Shown here: positions 1-9,722 of the stretch, one piece after another
How positions within the stretch are numbered: the first letter of the stretch is position 1
Layout: the number at the start of each line of letters is the position of its first letter
Source: Candidatus Binatia bacterium
Lineage (GTDB): Bacteria > Desulfobacterota > Binatia > UBA9968
Direction: 5' to 3'
NCBI GenBank assembly: GCA_036378835.1
Contig: DASUVS010000010.1
Location: forward strand, 1,308-65,307
Length of the DNA stretch: 64,000 nt
Notes under the pieces: generated by a model
Database searches by the model: none
Seen by the model: only the letters and a program-made list of their open reading frames with translations
Told to the model about the DNA's origin: nothing
Made by a program: the position numbers and the translations under genes

Positions 1-78
1 ATCCCCTGCTGTCGCGACTGCCTCGATCAACTTAACCGGTCTTGGAATACTGCCAATCGGCTCGGTTGGGATAGTCAT
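1..78 (-). CDS. 5' end (26 codons; gene runs off the window) of a MetE-like / UROD-MetE superfamily protein
   Basis: ATG at 78-76 with AAAGAGG 8 nt upstream. Translation MTIPTEPIGSIPRPVKLIEAVATAG carries the GS(I/F)PRP motif typical of cobalamin-independent methionine-synthase-like N-termini. The fragment is too short for certainty. Confidence 0.35.
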   Translation of the reverse strand, partial: MTIPTEPIGSIPRPVKLIEAVATAGD

Positions 79-387
79 CCTGGGCCTCTTTATGAGACAC
101 AGCTATCGACGCACCCGGCCCAGAAGTGTTCGCAGCAGCGCATTTCACGAATTGGCACGGTACAAGCCTACCAAATTAAATAACGAACCTTCAGTTCGGC
201 ATTTTATAAGGCTTAACGCAATCAACTCTCAATGATAGTTCCGCAGCGCGAGTGCAGAGACGGACACGAGCTAGGGACCTCTCAAGTCATTGGGAAATTA
301 ACGGCTATCTGATAGTGAAAGCGAAGCGCGAAAACTAGGTCGTCCCATCCCAGCTGCTGGTATGGCCGCCGAAAGCGATTAGCTTGC

Positions 388-3300
388 TTACCGTTTTCCC
401 GGATCGTAACCTAGAATCGATGCAAGCCAACGCTCCACTTCCGGAACTTTCATTCCTTTTCGCGCCGCATAGGATTCCACCTGATCCTTACCGATGGAGC
501 TGACGGCGAAATAGCGTGATTCCGGATGGGCGAAATAGAGGCCGCACACCGATGCGGCGGGAAACATGGCAAAACTTTCGGTAAGCGCGATACCAGTGGC
601 ATCGCTCACTTTGAGCAGGTCAAAAATGATCGGCTTCTCAGTGTGATCCGGTTGAGCCGGGTAACCAGGCGCCGGACGGATACCGCGATATCTTTCTGCA
701 ACTAAGTCCTGGGTGTTCAGCTGTTCGTCCTTGCCGAAGCCCCATTCGCAGCGCGCCCGTTTATGCAGGTATTCCGCAAACGCTTCAGCCAAACGATCGG
801 CAAGGGCCTTGGCCATGATGGAGTTATATTGATCGTGATCCTTCTCGAAACGCTCAACCAGTTCCTGGGTTCCATGGCCGGCGGTTACGGCAAAGGCGCC
901 GATGCAATCGAGCACTCCGCTGTCGCGCGGAGCGATGAAGTCAGCAAGAGCCAGCTGCGGCTTGCCACGCTGACTTTCTTTTTGCTGGCGAAGGGTGTGA
1001 AGCCGCTTTAGTTCCTGTTTACGAGTCGCATCTGTGTAAAGCACAATGTCGTCGCCTTCGCTGTTGGCCGGGTAAAAACCATAAACCGCGTGCGCTGAGA
1101 ACAATTTTTGCTCGACGATTTCCGACAATAATTCTCGCGCATTATCGAACAACTCCTGCGCCGCCGGTCCGCGCACCGGGTCGTTCAACAAATCAGGGTA
1201 GCGGCCGCGCATCTCCCAGGTATGAAAAAACGGCGACCAATCGATAAACGGCACCAGCTCTGACAAAGGAAAATCTCTAAGCGTGCGCGCGCCGATGAAT
1301 TCCGGCACCGGGATAGGAACTTTATCCCATTGAGTGATGAACCGGCGCCGAGCCGCTTCTTCATAGGTCAGCAACTGCGTGCCGACGCGGTTCTCGAACT
1401 GAGTGCGGATTTCCTGTTGCTCGCGCCGATTCTTTTCACTTAGTGCCTGTCGCCCCTCGGGGCTGATCAAGGCGCCGACCACCGGCACTGCCCGCGAGGC
1501 ATCGATTACGTGAATTGTTTCATGCTTGTACGATGGCGCGATCTTTACTGCCGTGTGTCGCTTGCTGGTGGTCGCTCCGCCGATAAGCAGCGGAATAACC
1601 AGACCGCGCCGGTCCATCTCGGCGGCAACGTGGACCATCTCATCCAGAGACGGCGTGATCAAACCGCTCAAGCCGATGATGTCCGCCTTTTCTTCTATCG
1701 CCGTATCGATAATCTTATCTGCTGGAACCATGACGCCCAAATCGATGACGTCATAATTGTTACAGTTGAGCACTACGCCAACGATGTTTTTGCCGATATC
1801 GTGGACGTCGCCTTTGACCGTCGCGAAAACCAGCTTGATTCGTTTGTCGACTTCTTTGGCTGATTTTTTTTCTTCTTCCAGGAAAGGCGTAAGGTACGCG
1901 ACGGCTTTCTTCATGACCCGAGCGCTCTTTACCACTTGCGGCAGAAACATTTTGCCGGATCCGAACAGATCGCCGACGACGTTCATGCCGCCCATGAGCG
2001 GCCCCTCGATCACCGACAAAGGCTTGTCATATTTGCGCCGCGCTTCTTCCACATCCTGATCGATGAAGTCGGTGAGACCTTTCACCAGAGCATGCGATAA
2101 ACGCTCTTCTACGGTACCGCCGCGCCAGCCATCGTCTTTGACCGCGGTCTTACCTGCCTGTTTGTAGGTCTCGGCAAAAGTTACCAAGCGTTCAGTGGCA
2201 TCGGGGCGACGATTTAACAAGACATCTTCCACCAATTCAAGCAGGTCCTTGGGTATTTCTTCATAGACCGCCAACATGCCCGGATTGACGATTCCCATAT
2301 CCATTCCGGCCTTGATGGCGTGATACAAGAATGCCGAATGCATCGCTTCACGGACTGGATTGTTGCCTCTGAAAGAGAAGGAAATATTGCTCACCCCGCC
2401 GCTGACCTTGGCCAGCGGCAGGTTCTTTTTGATCCATCGCGTCGCCTCTATGAAATTGACGGCGTAGCTGTTGTGCTCTTCGATACCGGTGCCGACTGTC
2501 AGTATGTTCGGGTCGAAAATGATGTCCTGCGGCGGGAAGCCAACCTGTTCGGTCAGAATCTTGTACGAGCGGGCGCAAACCTCGATCTTGCGCTCATAGG
2601 TATCGGCCTGCCCCCGTTCGTCGAACGCCATGACGATTAGCGCCGCGCCATAGCGACGAACCCGTTTGGCCTGCGCGATAAACTTTTCCTCGCCTTCTTT
2701 CATGCTGAGAGAGTTGACGATGCCTTTGCCCTGTAGACATTTAAGCCCCGCTTCGATCACCTCCCATCTCGAACTGTCGACCATCACTGGCACTCGGGCG
2801 ATTTCCGATTCGCCCGCAATCAACCGGAGAAACTTCTCCATGGCCGCTTTGGAATCGAGCATGCCCTCATCCATATTGATGTCGATGATTTGGGCCCCTC
2901 CCTCCACCTGCTGGTGCGCGACGCTGACGGCCTTCTCGTAGTCGCCGGACAAGATCAGCTTGGCGAACACCGGCGATCCGGTGACGTTGGTCCGTTCGCC
3001 GATATTAACGAAGTTGGACTCAGGCCGGATGGTAACACTCTCCAGGCCGCTCAAGCGAAGATATGGCTCGGGCGCCGGCGGGACGTGCGGCGGCAATCCT
3101 TCCACGGCTTCGGCAATACTTGCGATGTGCGCAGGCGTAGTGCCACAGCAACCGCCAACGACGTTCAGCCAGCCGTTCTCGGCCCATTCGCGGAGTTGCG
3201 GCGCAAGGCTCTGCGGGGTCTCCGGAAAACCGGTCGGCAACAGCGGATCGGGTAGACCGGCATTAGGGTGGCTGCTGATGTAAACGGGCGCGATCCGGGA

Positions 3301-4089
3301 TAATTCTTCGATCAGCGGGCGCATCTCTTTGGGACCTAAAGCGCAATTCATGCCGACGCTCAACAAGGGTACGTGGGAGATAGAGTTCCAGAAAGCTTCG
3401 ACGGTTTGTCCTGTAACGCCGCGGTTGCTGCCGGGCTGAATAAAAGTGACGGATGCCATCAGGGGCAACTCAAGCTTTCGCTCCTCGAACAAAGTTGCGA
3501 TGGCGAAGAAAGCCGCTTTCGCATTGAGGGTGTCAAAGATGGTTTCGACCAAGAGGATATCGGCGCCGCCGTCTATCAATCCGCGAGCCTGATCATAATA
3601 AGCCTGCACCAATTCCTCGTAGGTCACCCCGCGCGTCGCCGCGCTGTGCACATCCGTCGAGATTGAACAGGTGCGATTGGTCGGGCCGATTGCGCCTGCG
3701 ACGAATCGTGGCCGGGAAGGATCCTTCCCAATCATCGCTTCGACCGCCTTCTTTGCCGCCCGGGAGCCCGCGACATTGATGTCGTAAACATCGGCTTCCA
3801 GCTTGTAATCCGCCATGGAAACCGAAGTCGAATTGAAGGTATTGGTTTCGACGATGTCGGCGCCCGCTTGCAGATACTGCAGATGAATTTCAGTGATCAA
3901 TTCGCTCTGAGTCAGACAGAGCACGTCATTACAACCTCTTAGATCGCGAGAATGGTTTGCGAACCGTTGACCGCGAAATGCCTCCTCATCGAGCCTGTGC
4001 GCCTGGATCATAGTGCCCATGGCGCCATCAAGAACCAGTATTCTGTGGGCTAGCAGTTCGCGCAATGTTTTTTCAGTCTCGGTCATCAC
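388..4089 (-). CDS. metH: Cobalamin-dependent methionine synthase
   Basis: 1233-aa ORF. Homocysteine-binding (GGCCGTTP), pterin-binding, B12-binding DxHxxG ([11 protein letters not shown]) and AdoMet-activation modules are all recognisable. The start (GTG 4089 or ATG 4086) overlaps the TGA of the upstream regulator. Confidence 0.97.
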   Translation of the reverse strand: MMTETEKTLRELLAHRILVLDGAMGTMIQAHRLDEEAFRGQRFANHSRDLRGCNDVLCLTQSELITEIHLQYLQAGADIVETNTFNSTSVSMADYKLEADVYDINVAGSRAAKKAVEAMIGKDPSRPRFVAGAIGPTNRTCSISTDVHSAATRGVTYEELVQAYYDQARGLIDGGADILLVETIFDTLNAKAAFFAIATLFEERKLELPLMASVTFIQPGSNRGVTGQTVEAFWNSISHVPLLSVGMNCALGPKEMRPLIEELSRIAPVYISSHPNAGLPDPLLPTGFPETPQSLAPQLREWAENGWLNVVGGCCGTTPAHIASIAEAVEGLPPHVPPAPEPYLRLSGLESVTIRPESNFVNIGERTNVTGSPVFAKLILSGDYEKAVSVAHQQVEGGAQIIDINMDEGMLDSKAAMEKFLRLIAGESEIARVPVMVDSSRWEVIEAGLKCLQGKGIVNSLSMKEGEEKFIAQAKRVRRYGAALIVMAFDERGQADTYERKIEVCARSYKILTEQVGFPPQDIIFDPNILTVGTGIEEHNSYAVNFIEATRWIKKNLPLAKVSGGVSNISFSFRGNNPVREAMHSAFLYHAIKAGMDMGIVNPGMLAVYEEIPKDLLELVEDVLLNRRPDATERLVTFAETYKQAGKTAVKDDGWRGGTVEERLSHALVKGLTDFIDQDVEEARRKYDKPLSVIEGPLMGGMNVVGDLFGSGKMFLPQVVKSARVMKKAVAYLTPFLEEEKKSAKEVDKRIKLVFATVKGDVHDIGKNIVGVVLNCNNYDVIDLGVMVPADKIIDTAIEEKADIIGLSGLITPSLDEMVHVAAEMDRRGLVIPLLIGGATTSKRHTAVKIAPSYKHETIHVIDASRAVPVVGALISPEGRQALSEKNRREQQEIRTQFENRVGTQLLTYEEAARRRFITQWDKVPIPVPEFIGARTLRDFPLSELVPFIDWSPFFHTWEMRGRYPDLLNDPVRGPAAQELFDNARELLSEIVEQKLFSAHAVYGFYPANSEGDDIVLYTDATRKQELKRLHTLRQQKESQRGKPQLALADFIAPRDSGVLDCIGAFAVTAGHGTQELVERFEKDHDQYNSIMAKALADRLAEAFAEYLHKRARCEWGFGKDEQLNTQDLVAERYRGIRPAPGYPAQPDHTEKPIIFDLLKVSDATGIALTESFAMFPAASVCGLYFAHPESRYFAVSSIGKDQVESYAARKGMKVPEVERWLASILGYDPGKR

Positions 4090-5066
4090 TTCGCCTTCCT
4101 TGAGATTGGTAGCTTTGCCAAGCCTGCACGGGCCACGAAAATCTCCACCGGTTGATTCCCGTTGCGAACCATCTTTTCACCGGCATAAGAACCCGTCAGC
4201 TCATACTCGACGCCTTTCACCCCGTTAGCACGGAATGCATCTTCAATCGCATCCCGATCAAAGCCAAGCCAACGATGCTTCATTTGCTCGCGCATCCATT
4301 CTTGCTTGTGTTGCACCAGGTCGACCAGGATAATCGATCCACATGGGCGCACGATCCGACAAAGTTCCGCAATCGCTTTTTCTGGATCCGCTAGAAAATG
4401 CAGCACCATGACGCAGAATGCGGCATCCACGCTATGCGTCGGGATCGGCAGCTTCAACGCATCGCCGAGACGCAAGTCGACATTTGTTACCTTTTTTTGG
4501 TTGGCCAGTTCACGAGCGCGACGTAACATCTCTTGCGACAGATCGACACCGATCACTTTCCCGGCAAATCGCGCCAGTTCAAACGTGAGGCTTCCGGTGC
4601 CGCAGCCAACGTCGGCCAACACCATGTTTCGGGGCAGCAGCTTTTCAATCGCTAACGAGGCGACCCGATCGTCGAAATAACTTTTACGAATTCTTTCCCA
4701 GTCGCCGGCTACGGTTTCGAAATAGTCACGCGAGCGGCTCAGGCGCCGGCGAAGACAGTTCTCAAGCCGAGCGCGATCGCCTTTGGCTTGCGGCAAATCT
4801 CCAATCCGCTCGCGTAATGACTTGAATAGTTCCTGGGCCGGCGCGGGCATATCGCGGCGGGCCGAGAAATAAACGTTGGTGCCTTCCTTTCGGTCCTGAA
4901 TGAAACCCGCTTCGCGCAGAATCGCCAGATTGCGCGACACGGAAGACTGCACCGAAGCGACGACTTCCTGCACTTCCCCGACGGTCAACTCTTCTTGGGC
5001 AACGGCGGCAAGAACGCGCAAGCGCAACGGATCCCCCAAAGCTTTGATAGTGCGAATGATATCCAT
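4086..5066 (-). CDS. ArsR-family winged-HTH regulator fused to a class I SAM-methyltransferase-like domain (SahR-type architecture)
   Basis: N-terminal ArsR HTH ([43 protein letters not shown]). C-terminal MTase motif I ([13 protein letters not shown]) and Methyltransf_11-like core. The stop overlaps the metH start. Confidence 0.85.
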   Translation of the reverse strand: MDIIRTIKALGDPLRLRVLAAVAQEELTVGEVQEVVASVQSSVSRNLAILREAGFIQDRKEGTNVYFSARRDMPAPAQELFKSLRERIGDLPQAKGDRARLENCLRRRLSRSRDYFETVAGDWERIRKSYFDDRVASLAIEKLLPRNMVLADVGCGTGSLTFELARFAGKVIGVDLSQEMLRRARELANQKKVTNVDLRLGDALKLPIPTHSVDAAFCVMVLHFLADPEKAIAELCRIVRPCGSIILVDLVQHKQEWMREQMKHRWLGFDRDAIEDAFRANGVKGVEYELTGSYAGEKMVRNGNQPVEIFVARAGLAKLPISRKAK

Positions 5067-5076
5067 AGCTGCGGCT

Positions 5077-5117
5077 TATAGATATCGCAATATATAGATT
5101 ATTAGATATTCACGCAA
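5077..5117 (-). promoter_or_regulatory. Candidate sigma70 promoter plus AT-rich repeat operator upstream of the ArsR/MTase regulator
   Basis: Minus strand reads TTGCGT (5117-5112), 17 nt, TATATT (5094-5089). It is overlapped by TAGAT repeats at 5079, 5095 and 5103 and by the quasi-palindrome ATATCGCAATAT. Pattern-based only. Confidence 0.35.
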
Positions 5118-5192
5118 GACGATGCGATAAAATGGCGCGACCGAGCCGCTCTGCCGTATACGTCGGCGATCGATCGTATCATTGACCGTAAA

Positions 5193-5211
5193 GGAGCGCA
5201 TCGTGCGCTCC
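5193..5211 (-). terminator. Hairpin GGAGCGCA-tcg-TGCGCTCC downstream of the methyltransferase gene (weak terminator candidate)
   Basis: Perfect 8-bp stem with a 3-nt loop. Only TTT follows it on the minus strand. Confidence 0.3.
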
Positions 5212-5305
5212 GGGAGTACACGGCGGGAACCGGCCGTGGAGAGGCATAATTCGATCGTAGCTAGGGGCCCTTGCTTAAACTGGTAAGAGCTTCGAGAGAC
5301 AAGAG

Positions 5306-5905
5306 CTATCGAATCTTCTGAGCGACAATACCGGCGCGAAACGCCGGCTCTCCACGGTCGCTGTACTGCCCCTCGCGATAGCAGAGAACGCGCAAGCTAC
5401 GAAAGTGATCCAGCAGTTCGTTGTGATCCAGCAGTTCGTTGTGATCCAGCAAGTAGGCGGGATTTTTCGGATGGCCAATCGCCTGCTGGTCGATCAGGTA
5501 GGTTTCAAAAATAACATGGCCCTGGGGTCTGAGCGCTCTTCGGAACTGAGGAAACAAAGATCGCTGCAGATAATTGAAGTTCACGATCAGATCGTAGGCG
5601 CCCGTGAGAAGTTCAATGTGCTCCAAGTCGGCCTGCAGCCAGGTTATCTCAAGTGACTTCTCGTCTGCGCGCCGGCGCGCCTCTTCAAGTGCGACGGTCG
5701 AAATGTCGATGCCAACTACGCTAAAACCCATTTCGGCCAGCAAAATCGCGTTACGACCTTTTCCCGCCGCGACATCTAGGGCTAGTCCGCGGGAGATGTG
5801 CCAGGCATCACTCTCGAGAATCTGCCTTAGATAATCCGATGGCTGATCGGCGCCAGCCGATGACGAATATTGACGGTCCCATCTGGTTTGATCATCAGAA
5901 GCCAT
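5306..5905 (-). CDS. Class I SAM-dependent methyltransferase (TehB-like)
   Basis: Motif I (ALDVAAGKGRNAILLAEMGFSVVGIDIS). The ATG at 5905 (MASDDQTRWD) is preferred over the TTG at 5962 used by the ORF track. Confidence 0.8.
   Translation of the reverse strand: MASDDQTRWDRQYSSSAGADQPSDYLRQILESDAWHISRGLALDVAAGKGRNAILLAEMGFSVVGIDISTVALEEARRRADEKSLEITWLQADLEHIELLTGAYDLIVNFNYLQRSLFPQFRRALRPQGHVIFETYLIDQQAIGHPKNPAYLLDHNELLDHNELLDHFRSLRVLCYREGQYSDRGEPAFRAGIVAQKIR
5407..5452. repeat. 18-bp tandem direct repeat, 2.5 copies, in frame inside the methyltransferase CDS
   Basis: GATCCAGCAGTTCGTTGT occurs twice, followed by GATCCAGCAA. It encodes LLDHNE-LLDHNE-LLDH. Confidence 0.95.
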
Positions 5906-6054
5906 AATAGATTTGAAGATGTTCCAGTGGTCCCAATCGTTGCAATGGTTCCAATGGCTCAAGTACGAAAAGAAGGAAACGGATCAATTTTGTTCTTGGT
6001 ATCGCAACGACTGCAACGTGTCGAACCTCTGGAACGACCGGACCAGTTTCACTA

Positions 6055-6822
6055 TCAATACACTGCGCGCGCGAGAGTAAGCACAAAAACCGCCCGCGCG
6101 CCGCCCTGTTTCAACACCCGGCTGCACTCGTTCACGGTGGCGCCCGAAGTATACACGTCATCGACTAGCAGCAAGCATTTACCCTTCACTGCGGTTTTTC
6201 CCGACAGGGCAAACGCGCCGCGCATGTTTTTGCGTCGGTCTTCTTCCGGCAATTGAGTTTGCGGCGGCGTGTCCATTTTTCGGTAAAGCGCAAAGCAATC
6301 TAGCGGAAGATTGTAGGCGCGACCAATCTGGCGCGCCAGCAACACGGATTGATTGAAGCCGCGCCAGCGCAGTCGCCTGGGGTGCAGCGGCACAGGAATA
6401 ATCGTTTCTGCCTTGCATGTTAGAAGAAATTCTTCACAGCCGTGCGCCATCAACCGTCCCAAAGGCTTGCCTAGGGCGACTTTGCGTCCGTATTTAAATT
6501 TTTGAATCACCTGACGGAGCGGATGCTCTGTCGTTTCTTCTCTCGGATAACAGGCCCAGGAGTGCGCCCGGGCAAACTGTGGATTGCGCGAAAGGCACAC
6601 TCCGCAGGCATGATCATCTCCGCTCGAATCTGGAAATGGCCGGCCACAAATCGTACAGAACGGATGCGCAACAAGCTGAATTTGCGGCCAACAGATGGAA
6701 CAGAAATATTCTCGGTCACGTCCCTGGATCGAGCCGCTGCACGCGCGGCAGCGCGGAGGATAAAGCCAATCCACCAGCGAGTCCACGCGCTCGGCAAAAG
6801 ATGGATGGCATTGAGGTTTCAT
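6055..6822 (-). CDS. ComF family protein / amidophosphoribosyltransferase-like
   Basis: N-terminal Cys-rich Zn finger (CRACSG...CSICW...CTICG...CGVC). C-terminal PRTase motif LLVDDVYTSGATV. Confidence 0.85.
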   Translation of the reverse strand: MKPQCHPSFAERVDSLVDWLYPPRCRACSGSIQGRDREYFCSICWPQIQLVAHPFCTICGRPFPDSSGDDHACGVCLSRNPQFARAHSWACYPREETTEHPLRQVIQKFKYGRKVALGKPLGRLMAHGCEEFLLTCKAETIIPVPLHPRRLRWRGFNQSVLLARQIGRAYNLPLDCFALYRKMDTPPQTQLPEEDRRKNMRGAFALSGKTAVKGKCLLLVDDVYTSGATVNECSRVLKQGGARAVFVLTLARAVY

Positions 6823-6892
6823 GGCGCCGCCACTCTACAAAACGATCTCACAATCAAGCAAGGCCGTCGTGAAAGCAGTGATTGGAATCCTG

Positions 6893-8452
6893 TTAAGTAT
6901 CAATGATCAGCGAGTGACCGGTCATTTCTGAAGGTTGAGGCAATTCAAGAAGCTGCAACACTGTAGGCGCCACATCGATCGCCGTTCCTTCCTTGATACG
7001 GCTTCGTTTGCGTTCCTCATCAACCAGGATGACCGGCACTCGGTTGATCGTGTGGGCGGTGTGCGGCATTCCTGTATCGTAGTCGATTAGCTGCTCGATA
7101 TTGCCGTGATCTGCGGTGATAACGACTCTCCCCTTCTGGCTCAGCGCCGCGTCTACTACTTTACCGAGGCATTCGTCGATGACCTCGCAGGCTTTTACCG
7201 AAGCCTCGAAATTACCCGTGTGTCCGACCATATCGGCATTGGCAAAATTGGCAATCACTAGGTTGATATGTTCCTCGGTAAACTTCTTCACCAGAGCCTC
7301 AGTAACCTGACGGGCACTCATCTCGGGTTTAAACTCATACGTCGGGACATCTTTCGGCGAGGGAATCAGAATGCGTTGTTCGCCGGGGAATTCTTTCTCT
7401 TCGCCGCCATTGAAGAAGTACGTCACGTGGGCGTATTTCTCTGTTTCGGCGATCCGTAGCTGCTTGAGCCCGTGCTGGCTGGCAACCTCGCCGAGAATCT
7501 TTCGCAATTCCCGGGGTGGATAGGCTACCGGCACCCTGAACGTCTCGTCGTATTGGGTCATAGTTGTGTACGTCGCGAGTTTCACACATCGCGTGCGGGG
7601 GAACTCCTTAAAGTCAGCATCGATCAGCGCCCGGGTGAGCTCACGTGCGCGATCGGCGCGGAAATTGAAGAATATGACACCGTCGCCGTCCCTGATCAGT
7701 CCTTCGGGAACCGCGCTCCGGATCACCGTGGGTAAAACGAATTCGTCGGTTACGCCCTCTTTGTAGCTGTTACGAATAGCTTCCAGCGGCGAATCCGCGA
7801 GCTTGCCGGCGCCTTCGGTAAGACAGAGATAAGCCTTTTCTACTCGGTCCCAACGTTTATCCCGATCCATCGCGTAATAACGGCCAATGAGAGTGGCGAT
7901 CTTTACATCCGGCCATGCTTTCAACTTCTCATTCAGATCAAGAATGAACTGCTCGGCGCTGTTGGGCGGCGTGTCGCGCCCGTCAAGGAAGAGATGCAGA
8001 TATACGCGTCCGAGCTTTTCGCATCGGGCCATATCGATGAGCGCTTCCATATGACGCTGGTGGCTGTGAACGCCCCCATCGCCGAGGAGGCCCATCAAGT
8101 GGAGGCGTCCAGCGCCGGCTTTGGAGTTTTTTAAGGCATCCAAGATGATTGGATTATTGCCAAAATTGCCCTCATCGATGTCCTTGTGAATCAGCGTCAA
8201 GTCTTGATAAACGATCCGGCCGGCGCCGAGAATCATATGCCCTACTTCGGAGTTGCCCATCTGGCCCTCGGGAAGCCCCACATCCAGACCAGACATAGAA
8301 AGGCTCGAGCTTGGATAGTTCCGCAACAACCTGTCCATATTCGGCATCGACGCATTAGCGATTGCGTTGCCTTCTTTTTTTGGGTTGATGCCAAAGCCGT
8401 CTAAGACGACGAGAATAACTGGCTGATTGGTCGCCACAATATTTCCTTTCAT
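6893..8452 (-). CDS. gpmI: 2,3-bisphosphoglycerate-independent phosphoglycerate mutase
   Basis: 519 aa. Motifs LVVLDGFG and NSEVGHMILGAGR. ATG with GGGAGAG as Shine-Dalgarno sequence. Confidence 0.95.
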   Translation of the reverse strand: MKGNIVATNQPVILVVLDGFGINPKKEGNAIANASMPNMDRLLRNYPSSSLSMSGLDVGLPEGQMGNSEVGHMILGAGRIVYQDLTLIHKDIDEGNFGNNPIILDALKNSKAGAGRLHLMGLLGDGGVHSHQRHMEALIDMARCEKLGRVYLHLFLDGRDTPPNSAEQFILDLNEKLKAWPDVKIATLIGRYYAMDRDKRWDRVEKAYLCLTEGAGKLADSPLEAIRNSYKEGVTDEFVLPTVIRSAVPEGLIRDGDGVIFFNFRADRARELTRALIDADFKEFPRTRCVKLATYTTMTQYDETFRVPVAYPPRELRKILGEVASQHGLKQLRIAETEKYAHVTYFFNGGEEKEFPGEQRILIPSPKDVPTYEFKPEMSARQVTEALVKKFTEEHINLVIANFANADMVGHTGNFEASVKACEVIDECLGKVVDAALSQKGRVVITADHGNIEQLIDYDTGMPHTAHTINRVPVILVDEERKRSRIKEGTAIDVAPTVLQLLELPQPSEMTGHSLIIDT

Positions 8453-8510
8453 CTCTCCCGCCGCTTGCTCGCCATCGCGGCAAGCGGCAGCCGAGGGGAG
8501 CTTGGAAGAG

Positions 8511-8924
8511 TTACGGATGCTGCTCAGCGGCGATCTGAAACTGGTGAACCAGAGTCGAGTAAGGTTCGGGCAATTGGACTTTCGGCGCGTCGGCCCAAAG
8601 TCCGTCTAGGTCATAGAACTCGCGCACAGGCTGGTAGAAAACATGAACGATCACGTCGGCAAAATCCATCAACACCCAATGCCCTCGGCTTGTACCCTCG
8701 ACGGAAACGACGGCAATCTCCGCTTCACGCGCAGCCTCGTGAATCCCCTGGGCGATACTTTGGACCTGACGGTCGGATCGGCCTGAGCAAATGACAAAGT
8801 AATCAGCGATCGAAGTGAATTCTCTAACTTCTAACAAGACAAGTTGTGATGCCTTCTTATCCAATGCCGCGCCAACCAAGGTCAGGGCTCTCTCCTTCGA
8901 AGTTTTTTCTGCCGGCTTGTTCAT
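8511..8924 (-). CDS. rsfS: Ribosome silencing factor RsfS (iojap-like)
   Basis: Motif ADYFVICSGRSDRQVQSIA. The ATG at 8924 forms an ATGA overlap with the nadD stop. The longer ORF to 9080 overlaps nadD and is rejected. Confidence 0.9.
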   Translation of the reverse strand: MNKPAEKTSKERALTLVGAALDKKASQLVLLEVREFTSIADYFVICSGRSDRQVQSIAQGIHEAAREAEIAVVSVEGTSRGHWVLMDFADVIVHVFYQPVREFYDLDGLWADAPKVQLPEPYSTLVHQFQIAAEQHP

Positions 8925-9574
8925 TTTTTTCTTTTGTACAACCCATGATTTTCGATGTAGGCCTCGACGCTGGAAGGCACCAGATAGCGGATCGACTTGC
9001 CGTACCGTACCCGTTCGCGAATATCCGAGGCCGATACGGCAAAGTCGGTGAGTTTTAAAAAATGGAGCGACGTACCACACCTATGCGTGTAAATTTTTCT
9101 TTTAAAATCATAACAAAACAGCCTACGCACAGCAATGGAAGTTCCCCGCAGCGGACTGGCATATCCATTCCCTGGACGGGACGTTACAATGAAATTACAA
9201 AAGGGAAAGATCTTTTCAAAATCCTTCCAGGTGCCGATTTCGGCAAATGCATCCAAACCGATAATAAAATAGAGCGAGTCGCCCTTACGTTGATCTTCGG
9301 CGAAGTATCGGATGGTGTCGATCGAGTAGGAAACGCCCGGCCTGGCAATTTCGACAGTGGAAACCGTGAAGCGGGAATTTTTAGCTACCGCCAAGCGCAC
9401 CATCGCGAGCCGATGGCGCGCCGGAGTCCGGGTTTGCCCTCTCTTGTGCGGTGGAATCGAAGCGGGAATGAAAAACACGCGATCGAGATCGAAGGCTTCT
9501 CTCACCTCCTCCGCGCTGCGCAGATGGCCCCAATGGATCGGATCGAAGGTGCCGCCGAAGAGGCCGATCCTCAT
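8921..9574 (-). CDS. nadD: Nicotinate-nucleotide adenylyltransferase
   Basis: MRIGLFGGTFDPIHWGH carries the (H/T)xGH motif. The ATG at 9574 is preferred over the TTG at 9646. Confidence 0.9.
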   Translation of the reverse strand: MRIGLFGGTFDPIHWGHLRSAEEVREAFDLDRVFFIPASIPPHKRGQTRTPARHRLAMVRLAVAKNSRFTVSTVEIARPGVSYSIDTIRYFAEDQRKGDSLYFIIGLDAFAEIGTWKDFEKIFPFCNFIVTSRPGNGYASPLRGTSIAVRRLFCYDFKRKIYTHRCGTSLHFLKLTDFAVSASDIRERVRYGKSIRYLVPSSVEAYIENHGLYKRKK

Positions 9575-9722
9575 GGAAACTCGATATCGCCTTTCCCGGA
9601 AGCGGCCCAAGAAATTTTTTGTGCAAGCGGCGCAAAGATTTGGCAATCACAAGCGTCTCGATGACTGATTTCGAACAACCTGTTTGGCGCTGGACTAGGC
9701 AAATAAATGATTTTCATGACGA

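Noticed and set aside
79-387. Specific call of a cobalamin, SAM-I or SAH riboswitch upstream of the MetE-like gene
   Set aside because: Only fragments resemble the consensus (GTGCCAATTC, CGCGCTGCGG). I could not find the B12 box, the GAGGGA / GGCCC SAM-I core or the SAH pseudoknot elements. It is kept only as an unclassified candidate in the findings.
5407-5452. CRISPR-like repeat
   Set aside because: These are directly abutting 18-bp copies without spacers, inside a CDS and in frame. It is a simple tandem duplication.
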